From NCBI GenBank assembly GCA_020431985.1, contig JAGQHF010000084.1, positions 1 through 60,095 of the forward strand: a stretch of DNA of 60,095 nt, given 5' to 3'. Position numbers and translations under genes: made by a program. Each line of letters starts with the position of its first letter. The first letter of the stretch is position 1. The DNA comes from Nitrosarchaeum sp. (GTDB taxonomy: Archaea; Thermoproteota; Nitrososphaeria; Nitrososphaerales; Nitrosopumilaceae). A model generated the notes under the pieces. The model made no database searches, was not told where the DNA came from, and saw nothing but the letters and a program-made list of their open reading frames with translations. Shown here piece after piece: positions 19,348 through 28,853 of this stretch.

Positions 19348-20508
19348 ATGGTAAATGAACATGCCCTCACTGTAAGTCTCGAAGAGTTTGGCATCAGCAA
19401 GTACGAAGCGAGGGCATATGTTACATTGATATCCAAAGGGACGATATCCGCTGGAGAATTGGCTTATTACTCGGATCTTCCAAGAACAAAGGTTTATCCG
19501 ACTCTCCTAAAGCTTGAAAGCAAAAAACTTGCAATAATTTCAAAAAGTAAACCTATAATGTGTACTGCAATTGCGCCAGAGGATGCTTTTGATTCTATTA
19601 TTCACGAACAGATCAACAAAGTTAACGCCATGAATACCCTTGTCTCAAACCTGAAAAGAGCTAGTGAGGAAAGTAGAAAATCAAGAGGATCTGAAGAAAA
19701 AAGATACTTTCATCTTAATGCCAACAATGTGCTAGGTCAGCTAAAAACAATGATAGAGGGTTCAAAATCATCAACAAGTGTAATGGTAGACCAATGGGGA
19801 TTGGGACTGCTTGCAGAGTGCAAAGAGCAAATTCTCTCAGCAATACGGAGAAACATAGATGTAAAAGTTCTTGTGCCGTCTGCATTGCTTTGTTCTGAGC
19901 ACTACAAATCCATACCTGACGGAGTCAAGATCAGACTGTCAGATACAATACAAAATTGCTTTATCTTTGATGACACTGAAGTGTTAATGATAGACAGTGG
20001 CAATGGCAAAGGCGCAACCCTATCATCTGCAGACATCATAGGTTCCAATCAAAACAGAATATTTTCAAGCATTTGGAAAAATTCAATGAAGACAGATTAT
20101 TTTGCAGATTTGACAAAGAATGAAGCACAGGAGATTTACAAGATCATTCATTTGGTTAAAGAAAATGGATTACAACATGTTCTAAATGCTACAGGAGGTT
20201 CAAAGAAACTGGAACACGACATGTTAAAACTATTGGAGAGTAACGGAATAGAACTGAAAACAAAAACCCTTGATGAGATGATAGATATTGTAGACATAAT
20301 TATGCAAACTCTATGTTCAGGTCATGTTAACTTTGATGTCAACTCGAAAAACATAACAGTTGAGTCGAAACTAAATAGTGGTCACTCTCTACCGTGGGTT
20401 TCCATGATTGACAGTTTTCTACAAAATCAAGGCTACAAAACAAGGATGGCTTATAAAACACAGGCAACAAAGGGTGAGAAAGTTCACATAAAAATTTCTA
20501 AAAACTAA
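19348..20508 (+). CDS. TrmB-family transcriptional regulator
   Basis: LEEFGISKYEARAYVTL...LPRTKVYPTLLKL wHTH plus PLD-like effector domain. Confidence 0.88.
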   Translation: MVNEHALTVSLEEFGISKYEARAYVTLISKGTISAGELAYYSDLPRTKVYPTLLKLESKKLAIISKSKPIMCTAIAPEDAFDSIIHEQINKVNAMNTLVSNLKRASEESRKSRGSEEKRYFHLNANNVLGQLKTMIEGSKSSTSVMVDQWGLGLLAECKEQILSAIRRNIDVKVLVPSALLCSEHYKSIPDGVKIRLSDTIQNCFIFDDTEVLMIDSGNGKGATLSSADIIGSNQNRIFSSIWKNSMKTDYFADLTKNEAQEIYKIIHLVKENGLQHVLNATGGSKKLEHDMLKLLESNGIELKTKTLDEMIDIVDIIMQTLCSGHVNFDVNSKNITVESKLNSGHSLPWVSMIDSFLQNQGYKTRMAYKTQATKGEKVHIKISKN

Positions 20509-20533
20509 AATCACACTCTGCAGTTGTTTTGGC

Positions 20534-20986
20534 ATGATTGAAGAAAAATTAAGAGTACTTGGAATTGTTTTGCCAGAACCGCCTGTACCTGCAGGTTCCT
20601 ACATTCCAGTAGTTAGAACAGGTAATTTGTTGTTTGTATCAGGTCAGATTCCAATGGAAAATGGCAAAGTGATCTACACAGGTAAGGTAACAGATGACAA
20701 TATCGAAATGGCTCAAAAATCAGCAAGAATGTGTGCCATCAACATACTTGCCCAGATAAAAAGAGAGGTGGGAGACTTGGAAAATATTTCAAGAATAGTT
20801 AGACTTTCGGGATTTGTAAACTCAACTCCTGAATTTTCACAACAACCAAAAATAATCAATTCAGCATCGGATCTAATCTTTGAGATATTTGGTGAGAAAG
20901 GAAAACACTCGAGAATTGCAGTAGGGGTTGCAAGTTTGCCGCTGAATTCTATGACGGAAATTGATGCAATAGTTGAAACAAAATAA
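20534..20986 (+). CDS. RidA/YjgF-family protein
   Basis: GSYIPVVRTGNLLFVSGQIP...GKHSRIAVGVASLP. Confidence 0.88.
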   Translation: MIEEKLRVLGIVLPEPPVPAGSYIPVVRTGNLLFVSGQIPMENGKVIYTGKVTDDNIEMAQKSARMCAINILAQIKREVGDLENISRIVRLSGFVNSTPEFSQQPKIINSASDLIFEIFGEKGKHSRIAVGVASLPLNSMTEIDAIVETK

Positions 20987-21071
20987 TTTTTTGTTTAGGA
21001 ATTAGAGAAAAAATATTTTATCGATTCATGCACGTAGGAATTTATTCACTAATTCTAAAACGATATCAGAT

Positions 21072-22115
21072 TCAATTCAGTTTTTTATTAAATTCCTTTA
21101 AAAATTTGTTGATTTTTGGTTTCGGTATTACTGCACCACAGGCTTTATCATGACCGCCACCAGAACCACCAAGTTCAGTAGCCAAAACATTGACAATCTT
21201 ACCAAGATGAACCTTGCATTCCCTTGAACCTCTTACAGAAACAGCATATATCCCATGATCCACGCGTTCCTTGTATGCCACGCCTACGTCCTTACCAGAT
21301 AGGCCTAAAACAAAATTAACAGCTCCGCTTGCACCGGCATCAATAATTTCCATATAGCCAATATTTTTCATAGTTTTCATCCCTTCCTTTACCTTGGCAA
21401 TTATCTGCGCCAGTTTATCTACCTGAATTTGAGCAAATTCAAAGGTATTTGGGATTTCATGTGGGAATTTAGAGTCTGCCAGTTCTTCTACCAGATAGAG
21501 TAGATAGTCAGGATCCTTTTGGTGACCGACTATATTGTATGTAAGAACAGTTGCACTAATCAATGCAAACTGCCTATCATAAATTTGTAATAGTTTTGAA
21601 CCAGTAGGTCTGTCTTCCATGTAATCTGTAATGGCAGCACATGCAGCAATAAAAGGAGAATGTTCTGATAGTTTGGATTTGAATTTTTTATAAACTTGAA
21701 CGGTTGTGCATTCATTTATGTCATGAATGAGTTTTACCTTAATTTTTTCCAAATCTTTTACGATTTTAGGATCAATGTCATGATGGTCAATGTAAGTGAC
21801 GGACACCTTGTTTTTTCGAAGTGTTTTCATAAGTTCTACAAACTCATCTTGATTTTTTTTGCTAAGACCCAAATCACAAATATACAATGACTTAAGTTTC
21901 TCGTCAAGCGATGCTTGAGTGATTGCTTCCATTTGGCTAGGATAATCAACCAAAATAGAATCTCCTCCAAATGCTTGACGTATCAAAGCTGCAGAGCTAA
22001 TGCCATCTGCATCTTCCTTATGTGAAATACAGACTACCTTGGTTCTTTGTTTTGTTGTCTTCGAACCAGAAGCCTTTTTTGAAGATTTTGATGTTTTTTT
22101 CCTAGTTGCCACCAA
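21072..22115 (-). CDS. DHH/DHHA1 phosphoesterase
   Basis: DADGISS, CDLG, IDHH, GSGGGHDKACG. Confidence 0.9.
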   Translation of the reverse strand: MVATRKKTSKSSKKASGSKTTKQRTKVVCISHKEDADGISSAALIRQAFGGDSILVDYPSQMEAITQASLDEKLKSLYICDLGLSKKNQDEFVELMKTLRKNKVSVTYIDHHDIDPKIVKDLEKIKVKLIHDINECTTVQVYKKFKSKLSEHSPFIAACAAITDYMEDRPTGSKLLQIYDRQFALISATVLTYNIVGHQKDPDYLLYLVEELADSKFPHEIPNTFEFAQIQVDKLAQIIAKVKEGMKTMKNIGYMEIIDAGASGAVNFVLGLSGKDVGVAYKERVDHGIYAVSVRGSRECKVHLGKIVNVLATELGGSGGGHDKACGAVIPKPKINKFLKEFNKKLN

Positions 22116-22175
22116 TATGGTCGACGAAGCTAGTATCCCTCATTTAAACCAAAATCAATTTTTGGTTCTATTTGA

Positions 22176-22400
22176 TCATGTCATTGAATCTAGAGATTTA
22201 CGTCTTATAGTGACACCATCAATATGCACCTGATCCTTTTCTTCAAATAGCATGTGCCATTTGCTATCATGAGGAAGCAGTTTGTTAATTTCTCGGATCT
22301 TGGCATTTGTAGGATAAGCATTTGTGAGTGCACCCCATTTCATGTTAGGTATTTTTGGCATAATCTTGTTGAGTTTCTCTACCACACTGTTGTCTTCCAT
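22176..22400 (-). CDS. Hypothetical protein
   Basis: ORF track, same strand as neighbours. Confidence 0.7.
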   Translation of the reverse strand: MEDNSVVEKLNKIMPKIPNMKWGALTNAYPTNAKIREINKLLPHDSKWHMLFEEKDQVHIDGVTIRRKSLDSMT

Positions 22401-22448
22401 TGTTAAATGAAGAGCCGATTTTGAATTTATGTCTTATTTCAGCCAAAA

Positions 22449-22799
22449 TTAGACTGCTGGGATTTCAGGGCCGTCATTGGATTCCTTTGAGGACATGCCG
22501 CCATAACCCGGATCAATTTTCTGTTTTGGGTTTAAGCTGGTATCATGATGGCAGGGTTTGTTACATACAGGACAGTGCTTTCTGTCAAGCACGATGCATT
22601 GGCAGATGTGGTTTTTTAAATATGCCTGTGCGGCTTGATTCCACTCTCCCGTGCCATTGCAAAATACACAGATATTTGACGCCAGTTTTCCTGAACCCTT
22701 GCAAAAGTCGCACACATCTTCCTTCAATTTCTTACAAATAGAACAAAATAACAGCCCATCTTTATTTCTAGTCCAATAATGCTGCGTATGAGATCTCAA
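22449..22799 (-). CDS. Cys-rich zinc-binding protein with DnaJ-like CxxCxGxG repeats
   Basis: CDFCKGSG, CVFCNGTG and further CxxC pairs. Confidence 0.65.
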   Translation of the reverse strand: MRSHTQHYWTRNKDGLLFCSICKKLKEDVCDFCKGSGKLASNICVFCNGTGEWNQAAQAYLKNHICQCIVLDRKHCPVCNKPCHHDTSLNPKQKIDPGYGGMSSKESNDGPEIPAV

Positions 22800-22856
22800 T
22801 TATTCATCCCTGACCACACAATCTCCAGACAGGTGTAGCCACATAATGGATTTATT

Positions 22857-23054
22857 TTATTTATCGCTGGATTTTAGGAGTTTGTTGAGTGGGACATCTT
22901 GGATGTGCCTTGAGTCAATTATTTGGTAGCAAAAAGACTTTCCAGTTAGTTGTGTTTGTATGTCAAATTCCTGGATTTTTTTAAGATCCTCATCAGATGC
23001 AGTTAAAATAACACGGTCTAACTTCTCGAGCAACCAACGTTCTTCGGGAGTCAT
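22857..23054 (-). CDS. Hypothetical protein
   Basis: ORF track; TATA-like box upstream. Confidence 0.6.
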   Translation of the reverse strand: MTPEERWLLEKLDRVILTASDEDLKKIQEFDIQTQLTGKSFCYQIIDSRHIQDVPLNKLLKSSDK

Positions 23055-23311
23055 TGATTTTTAATTAAAAATTATCATTTATTGTACGGAATTACTAGAT
23101 TAGACAATTTGCGTAGTAAATGTTAGTATTTGGATAAATTTCATGCAGTATGATGACAAAGATGCAAATTTAATAAAGATGCCCAGTGCGATGGCAATCC
23201 ATTTGTCTTGGAGGCATCCTAGGTTTGAATTTTTGAAAAATAATTGAAATGGACTAGGAGATTACTGTAACGTATGCGAAAATATAATAGATGAATTTAC
23301 AAAAATTTACT

Positions 23312-24475
23312 ATGGAAACAAAGAACATTGGTTTGCGTGGTATTGAGGTTGCAGACACCAGAATTTCAAACATTGATGGGGAAAAAGGCAAGCTGATTTA
23401 CCGTGGATATGATATTTTAGATCTTACAAAAAACTCTACATTTGAGGAGACAGCATACTTACTTTTGTATGATAAACTCCCTACAAAAGAAGAGTTAGAT
23501 GAATTTAATGCAAAATTAGTTGAAGCAAGATACATACCAAAACAAATGCAAAAGAATATGGGAAACTGGCGCAAGGATGCTGACCCTATGGATATGCTTC
23601 AAGCATTTGTGGCAGCTCTTGCAGGATACTATGATGAAGAGTTTTCAAACAAAGACGCAAGCTATGATAGAGCAATTAACCTTATTGCAAAAATTCCAAC
23701 CATTATTGCAAGCTGGCAAAGAATAAGAAACAGCATGGATATTGTTGATCCAGATCCATCGCTGAGTCATGCCGCAAATTTCCTTTACATGATGTCAGGA
23801 GAAAAACCAGATCCAGAAGTGGAGAAGATTTTTGATATTTGTTTAATACTTCATGCAGACCATACTTTTAACGCATCTACTTTTACAGCAAGACAAGTTG
23901 CATCTACACGTGCACATATGTACTCAGCATCTAGCGCTGCAATAGGAGCATTAAGTGGGGAATTACATGGTGGTGCAAATACAGAAGTTATGAAAATGCT
24001 ATTAGAAATTAATTCAATTGACAAAGTCGAACCGTGGATAAAAGAACAGATAGCCAACGGACAAAGAATAATGGGAATGGGACATGCGGTATACAAGACA
24101 TATGATCCAAGGGCACAAGTACTCAAAGAACTTTCAAGGAAGCTTGCCGAAAAAACAGGAGATCCGTGGTTTGAATTAACAGAGAAAATTGAAACCGCGA
24201 CAATTGCAGAAATGAAAAAACAGAAAGGGAGAGAGATTTATCCAAACGTGGATTTGTACAGTGCTTCAATTTACTACATGCTAAAAATTCCAGTTGATCT
24301 GAACACTCCTATTTTTGCGATTTCCAGAGTTGCAGGATGGGGAGCACACATAATTGAGGAGAAATTTGCAGAGGCTGCACCAAAACCCGCACTGTATAGA
24401 CCAAAAGCGGTGTATGTGGGAAAGTATTGTGGACCACAGGGTTGTGAATACAAGAAATTAGACTTGAGAAAGTAA
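23312..24475 (+). CDS. gltA: Citrate synthase
   Basis: GLRGIEVA, HADHTFNAST, LHGGAN, GMGHAVYK, PNVDLY; likely start METKN at 23312. Confidence 0.95.
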   Translation: METKNIGLRGIEVADTRISNIDGEKGKLIYRGYDILDLTKNSTFEETAYLLLYDKLPTKEELDEFNAKLVEARYIPKQMQKNMGNWRKDADPMDMLQAFVAALAGYYDEEFSNKDASYDRAINLIAKIPTIIASWQRIRNSMDIVDPDPSLSHAANFLYMMSGEKPDPEVEKIFDICLILHADHTFNASTFTARQVASTRAHMYSASSAAIGALSGELHGGANTEVMKMLLEINSIDKVEPWIKEQIANGQRIMGMGHAVYKTYDPRAQVLKELSRKLAEKTGDPWFELTEKIETATIAEMKKQKGREIYPNVDLYSASIYYMLKIPVDLNTPIFAISRVAGWGAHIIEEKFAEAAPKPALYRPKAVYVGKYCGPQGCEYKKLDLRK

Positions 24476-24477
24476 AC

Positions 24478-24684
24478 CTAGTTGCGAGTGTTAAGCCATT
24501 CCTTGGCCTTTGAGTGGACATCATGTTTGTACAACACTTCAAATACCATGTCATAAAACGTAATCCCTTTTTTTTGGGCCTGATCATCTAACCATTTTAT
24601 TCCGTCTGCAAGTTCAGGATCATACTCTGAAAATTCAACCAACTCATCAACCATCTTTGAAAAGAAGGCGTGCGATTCCAACAT
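24478..24684 (-). CDS. Hypothetical protein
   Basis: ORF track, convergent with gltA. Confidence 0.7.
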   Translation of the reverse strand: MLESHAFFSKMVDELVEFSEYDPELADGIKWLDDQAQKKGITFYDMVFEVLYKHDVHSKAKEWLNTRN

Positions 24685-24835
24685 ACAGTGAACTTTCAGT
24701 ATTTGATCATAAGGGACGTATTCAAATTATATAGACAAATGGGTCACCTTTTTCGCGTTACTTAGGAATTTGTGAGCGATGTTATACGACAGGAAATTAT
24801 GCTTTAGACTAAATGAAACAATGCAGTATCAGGAA

Positions 24836-27493
24836 TTACCAAAATTGCCACCACGGCTTAACTTTTGGAATATCGATAACGGTACAAACACCATCAATTA
24901 GTTTGGTTCCTTTGCCACAGATTCCATATTCTTTGGGTTTACTGTCAGTTGAATTAGTATTTTGTACATCGTCTTTAACATCATCTTTAGTATCTAGAGA
25001 TTCATCTAATCCAACTGCTTCATAAATAGATGAATATTCTGGATAATTAGTATCAAACCATTCCTTGTAAGTTGGTTCATTGTTGTACCTGTCCACATAA
25101 TATTGTGGATCTTTTGTTTTGTCAACAAAAGACGCTATGCCAAGATCTTTTGGTTGTGGTTCCGGTTGTGGTTCTGGTTTATTTGTAGAATCAGTAGACG
25201 GAATATCATTTACAAAGATTGTTACAGTTTGTCTAGAAGACGTGGTGTCTTTTTTTGCCACAATGTCAAACACATAAGATTTTGCACCGTGTGTGTTAGA
25301 GGGTGTCCATGTAAATAGTCCAGTATTAGTGTCAATTTTTGCACCAGCTGGAGGGTTTTTCTCTAGACTAAAAGTCACACCACTTTGAGCGGAATCTGTC
25401 AAGAATGCTGTAAAAGACAATGTCTTACCTTCATCTATGGTAAGATTACCAATGGGTCTCAATTGAATTGTTTTTGGAGTTGTGCTGGCTTCATTTGAAG
25501 CATCACTTACTCCTACAGAGTTTATTGCAGAAACCTTGTATGTATACTTTGAATTAGGCGATAAATTAGTGTGCGAGTATGTTGTAGAAGTGCTCTCTGT
25601 ATTGTCCATGATAGTGGTAAATGAGCCAGAGTCTTTTTTCACCTCTATTTTATATCCAGTAATGGCAGAATTACCATCGGATGCGGGTTCACTCCAAGAT
25701 AGATTGATTTGAGTAGATGACACACCCACTGCAGTTAGTTTTATTGGTGGTGTGGAAACTACGATAGATGGGACCGTAGAAGATACTGGTGTTGATGAAG
25801 TTTTGACAGAGTCAGTTTTGGGGGTAGCACTGACAGTGTTGGAAGGTTCAGTAAGGCCAAATCCGATTTTTGCTGCAACCTCAAATGAATATGATACTCC
25901 AGTAGAAAGACCACTCACAATATAGCTACGCGTTTGGCCGTTTGTCTCTCCAATAGGAGTAGAATCGCCACCTGAAAATACTCGTTCAATTTGATAACCA
26001 TTTATGGATTGACCAAATGTGTTAGAAGGTGGCAACCATGAAAGCTCGACCTGTGTAGGAGATATAGCTTTTGCAATAAGTATAGGCGTTGTTGTTGATG
26101 TGGGTTTGACAGAAGAACTAGAAACAGGGGTACTTGTTCCTGCAGAGTTTATTGAAGAAACTTGATAGTAGTAAGTCTTGTTTGTCTCTAGACCTTCATG
26201 TAGAAAGGCTGTGGATGAGCTCTTTGTATCAGCCATTACAGTCGTGTATGTAGTTGAGCTTGTTTTGTAATCAATCTTATATCCAGTGATGGGTGGAACA
26301 TCTTTGTTAATTTTGGGAGAATCCCAGTAGAGTAGGACAGATGTAGATGATACAGGAACAGATTTTAGATTTTGAGGAGGAGGTACAAGAGAAGACGCAG
26401 AGGTAAGAGAGACTATTTGAATTCGATCATTATCATTATCTGCAATGTAAAGGATATTGTTAAGGGAGTCAATGGCAATACCCGTAGGTGAATTGAATTT
26501 ACCATCAGTAGTGCCTGAAGAACCAAACTTTTCTACAAAACAGACCCCATCTGTAATTTTGCTGGTTCCACTTGGACATGTGTTACTAGAAATCATCTCA
26601 AACACTTGAATGCGGTTATTTTCAGTGTCAGATACGTATAGCATCTGATTGTCTTCATCAAATGCCAACCCTGTGGGTTCATCAAACTTTCCGTCAGCAG
26701 AACCTGACGAGCCAAATGAGCCAACATAGCATACCTCATCTTCGACTATTTCATCAGTATCACTCGGGCAGTTGCTGCCATCAGTTATTTCAAATATTTG
26801 TATTCTATTGTTCCCAGTATCTGCTACGTAAAGAATATCGTTATCATTATCAAATATCAGCCCAGATGGATTTCGAAACTCATCATCATCTGAACCAGCA
26901 CTACCAAAACTGAACATGAAATTTCCATTGTCATCAAAAACAGAGATAGAATCAGTAGATGAATCTGCAACAAATATGTTATCAGTTGATTGATGTATAG
27001 CTATGGCAGTAGGAGAGCCAAGATATTCATCGTCATCGCTGTCAGAAGAGCCAAACAATAACCCATCAAAATCACCATCTGCTTCAAAGCGTTGAACTCT
27101 GTTGTTATCTGAATCTACAATGTAAACGTCTTTGGTATCGGGGTTAATTGCTAAACTAATCGGTGTGTTAAACTTTCCATCATTAGAACCAAAACCTCCA
27201 AATTTTTCATCGAAACAGATTTCATCGTCAATGATTTTATCAGTGCCGGTAGGACATTGACTCCCATGGGTTACGACGAAGATTTTGATGAAATTGTTCT
27301 CACTGTCAACCACATATAGATCTCCATCTTTCCCTATTGCAATATCTGTGGGATGATCAAACTCATCATTGTCGTTACCCTGAGAACCAAATTCATCAGA
27401 AAAGGACATCAAGCCAAAGGTGTTTTGAGGTACAGCCATCAGACACAAGAACAATAACGGAGTACAAAGTACCATAAAGGAGGATTTTTTCAT
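24836..27493 (-). CDS. Secreted surface protein: NHL beta-propeller + fibronectin type III repeats + Ig-like domain
   Basis: Signal peptide; FGSxG...FxxPxxIA...YVADxxNNRIQ repeats; W...ITGYKI...Y.V.AINS.G FN3 motifs; KPWWQFW end. Confidence 0.88.
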   Translation of the reverse strand: MKKSSFMVLCTPLLFLCLMAVPQNTFGLMSFSDEFGSQGNDNDEFDHPTDIAIGKDGDLYVVDSENNFIKIFVVTHGSQCPTGTDKIIDDEICFDEKFGGFGSNDGKFNTPISLAINPDTKDVYIVDSDNNRVQRFEADGDFDGLLFGSSDSDDDEYLGSPTAIAIHQSTDNIFVADSSTDSISVFDDNGNFMFSFGSAGSDDDEFRNPSGLIFDNDNDILYVADTGNNRIQIFEITDGSNCPSDTDEIVEDEVCYVGSFGSSGSADGKFDEPTGLAFDEDNQMLYVSDTENNRIQVFEMISSNTCPSGTSKITDGVCFVEKFGSSGTTDGKFNSPTGIAIDSLNNILYIADNDNDRIQIVSLTSASSLVPPPQNLKSVPVSSTSVLLYWDSPKINKDVPPITGYKIDYKTSSTTYTTVMADTKSSSTAFLHEGLETNKTYYYQVSSINSAGTSTPVSSSSVKPTSTTTPILIAKAISPTQVELSWLPPSNTFGQSINGYQIERVFSGGDSTPIGETNGQTRSYIVSGLSTGVSYSFEVAAKIGFGLTEPSNTVSATPKTDSVKTSSTPVSSTVPSIVVSTPPIKLTAVGVSSTQINLSWSEPASDGNSAITGYKIEVKKDSGSFTTIMDNTESTSTTYSHTNLSPNSKYTYKVSAINSVGVSDASNEASTTPKTIQLRPIGNLTIDEGKTLSFTAFLTDSAQSGVTFSLEKNPPAGAKIDTNTGLFTWTPSNTHGAKSYVFDIVAKKDTTSSRQTVTIFVNDIPSTDSTNKPEPQPEPQPKDLGIASFVDKTKDPQYYVDRYNNEPTYKEWFDTNYPEYSSIYEAVGLDESLDTKDDVKDDVQNTNSTDSKPKEYGICGKGTKLIDGVCTVIDIPKVKPWWQFW

Positions 27494-27708
27494 ACGTTAT
27501 TATAAAAAATCAAACAGAGTTATTAAGAAATGCTATCAAATTTATCATATCAATGTACAAATGCTATTAACAACAGTTGATAAACAATTTTGAAATTTAA
27601 TGTTTTAAGATATTATAGAGATAGAAAAGCAAGTTCCTGAAGATAAGACAATTGCCATCGATATACAAAATAAAGGAGAGGATGTACCACGTTAAGGGTA
27701 TTTTCTGA

Positions 27709-28089
27709 TTGGAACATGTTATTTACGTTGATGGTAGCACAAAAAAGATTTCATGGGTGATACAGACAGGTAAAGACAAATTAGAACAAACGCGTCTTCA
27801 TTCCAAGATTTATTTGGACAAAGTCACTGAGAGCCAATCAAAATACATTGCGTTGCATGTAGGATTGTTTTGGGGGATAGGTACATTTTCCATAAAAAAT
27901 AATGAATCCATAACAGTAATGTTGGACAATCAACAGATGTATGAGCGTTTTACGCTAAAAAAGAAAAAATCAGATGAGTTTATTGAAAAAAGGATTGGGT
28001 TTATACAGCATCTTATTTCTCAGAGAAATCTGAAAATCCAATATGAGGCAATCTCAGAAAAAGAAAATTTGGCAAGAATCATAGAATGA
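27709..28089 (+). CDS. RNase H-like fold protein (possibly degenerate)
   Basis: IYVDGS...KYIALHVGL...VMLDNQ...ENLA pattern. Confidence 0.5.
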   Translation: MEHVIYVDGSTKKISWVIQTGKDKLEQTRLHSKIYLDKVTESQSKYIALHVGLFWGIGTFSIKNNESITVMLDNQQMYERFTLKKKKSDEFIEKRIGFIQHLISQRNLKIQYEAISEKENLARIIE

Positions 28090-28213
28090 AAGACATAGAA
28101 AAAAGGTAGTGAACGAATAAAGGGTCAAAGCGTGAAATTAGTACATAAATTTCCATCTTGGTCACGGTCATGATTAATTAGCTTTATTTATTGTTCAGAT
28201 TGTTTCAAAATAA

Positions 28214-28834
28214 ATGGCAGGCATAGATAAAGCGGCAATTGGATTTTCAATTGCAATAGTGGCTGCAGGCGTTGTATTTGCATTCTACGGTAGTGGAGTT
28301 CAAGATGCTACACCTGTTGTTTCAAACCCTGTTGCATCTGCTCCTAGCGTGACAAAAGCCCCTGAGCCAAAAGCTCAAGCAGACCCATTTGCAGATATTG
28401 CAAACAAGGTCAAAGAACAAGCTAATGTTCAACCAGCTATGAAACAAGAGATGAAGACAGAGCAGAAACAAGAGATGAAGACAGAGCAGAAACAAGAGAT
28501 GAAGACAGAGCAGAAACAAGAGATGGCAGGTCCTAAGACAGTCAAAGTTGAAGTACCAGCAGGATCTTCAACTCCAGGTTGTGAAGAAACCAACAAATGT
28601 TTCATTCCAGCATCTGTTACAGTAAATGTAGGAGATACTGTTGAATGGCATAACGCAGACACAGCAGCACATACAGTAACAAGCGGAAGTCCAGCAGATG
28701 GACCATCAGGTGAATTTGACAGTAGTCTATTCATGGCCGGTGCAACATTTGATGTTACATTTGATGAGGCAGGAAGCTATGATTACTTCTGTATGGTTCA
28801 TCCATGGATGGTTGGTAACGTTAAAGTAAACTAA
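28214..28834 (+). CDS. Membrane-anchored type 1 blue copper protein (plastocyanin-like)
   Basis: N-terminal TM; HTVTSG and CMVHPWM copper ligands. Confidence 0.9.
   Translation: MAGIDKAAIGFSIAIVAAGVVFAFYGSGVQDATPVVSNPVASAPSVTKAPEPKAQADPFADIANKVKEQANVQPAMKQEMKTEQKQEMKTEQKQEMKTEQKQEMAGPKTVKVEVPAGSSTPGCEETNKCFIPASVTVNVGDTVEWHNADTAAHTVTSGSPADGPSGEFDSSLFMAGATFDVTFDEAGSYDYFCMVHPWMVGNVKVN
28441..28525 (+). repeat. 24-bp tandem repeat, 3.5 copies (KQEMKTEQ)
   Basis: GAAACAAGAGATGAAGACAGAGCA at 28441, 28465, 28489, partial at 28513. Confidence 0.95.
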
Positions 28835-28853
28835 CCTAACATCTCCTTTTTTC

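Noticed and set aside
23100-23250. Possible micro-ORF upstream of citrate synthase (MQYDDKDANLIK...)
   Set aside because: No motif or clear promoter spacing; cannot be supported
27494-27708. AT-rich intergenic stretch as replication origin
   Set aside because: No ORB repeats and no cdc6/orc1 nearby; explained as a divergent promoter region
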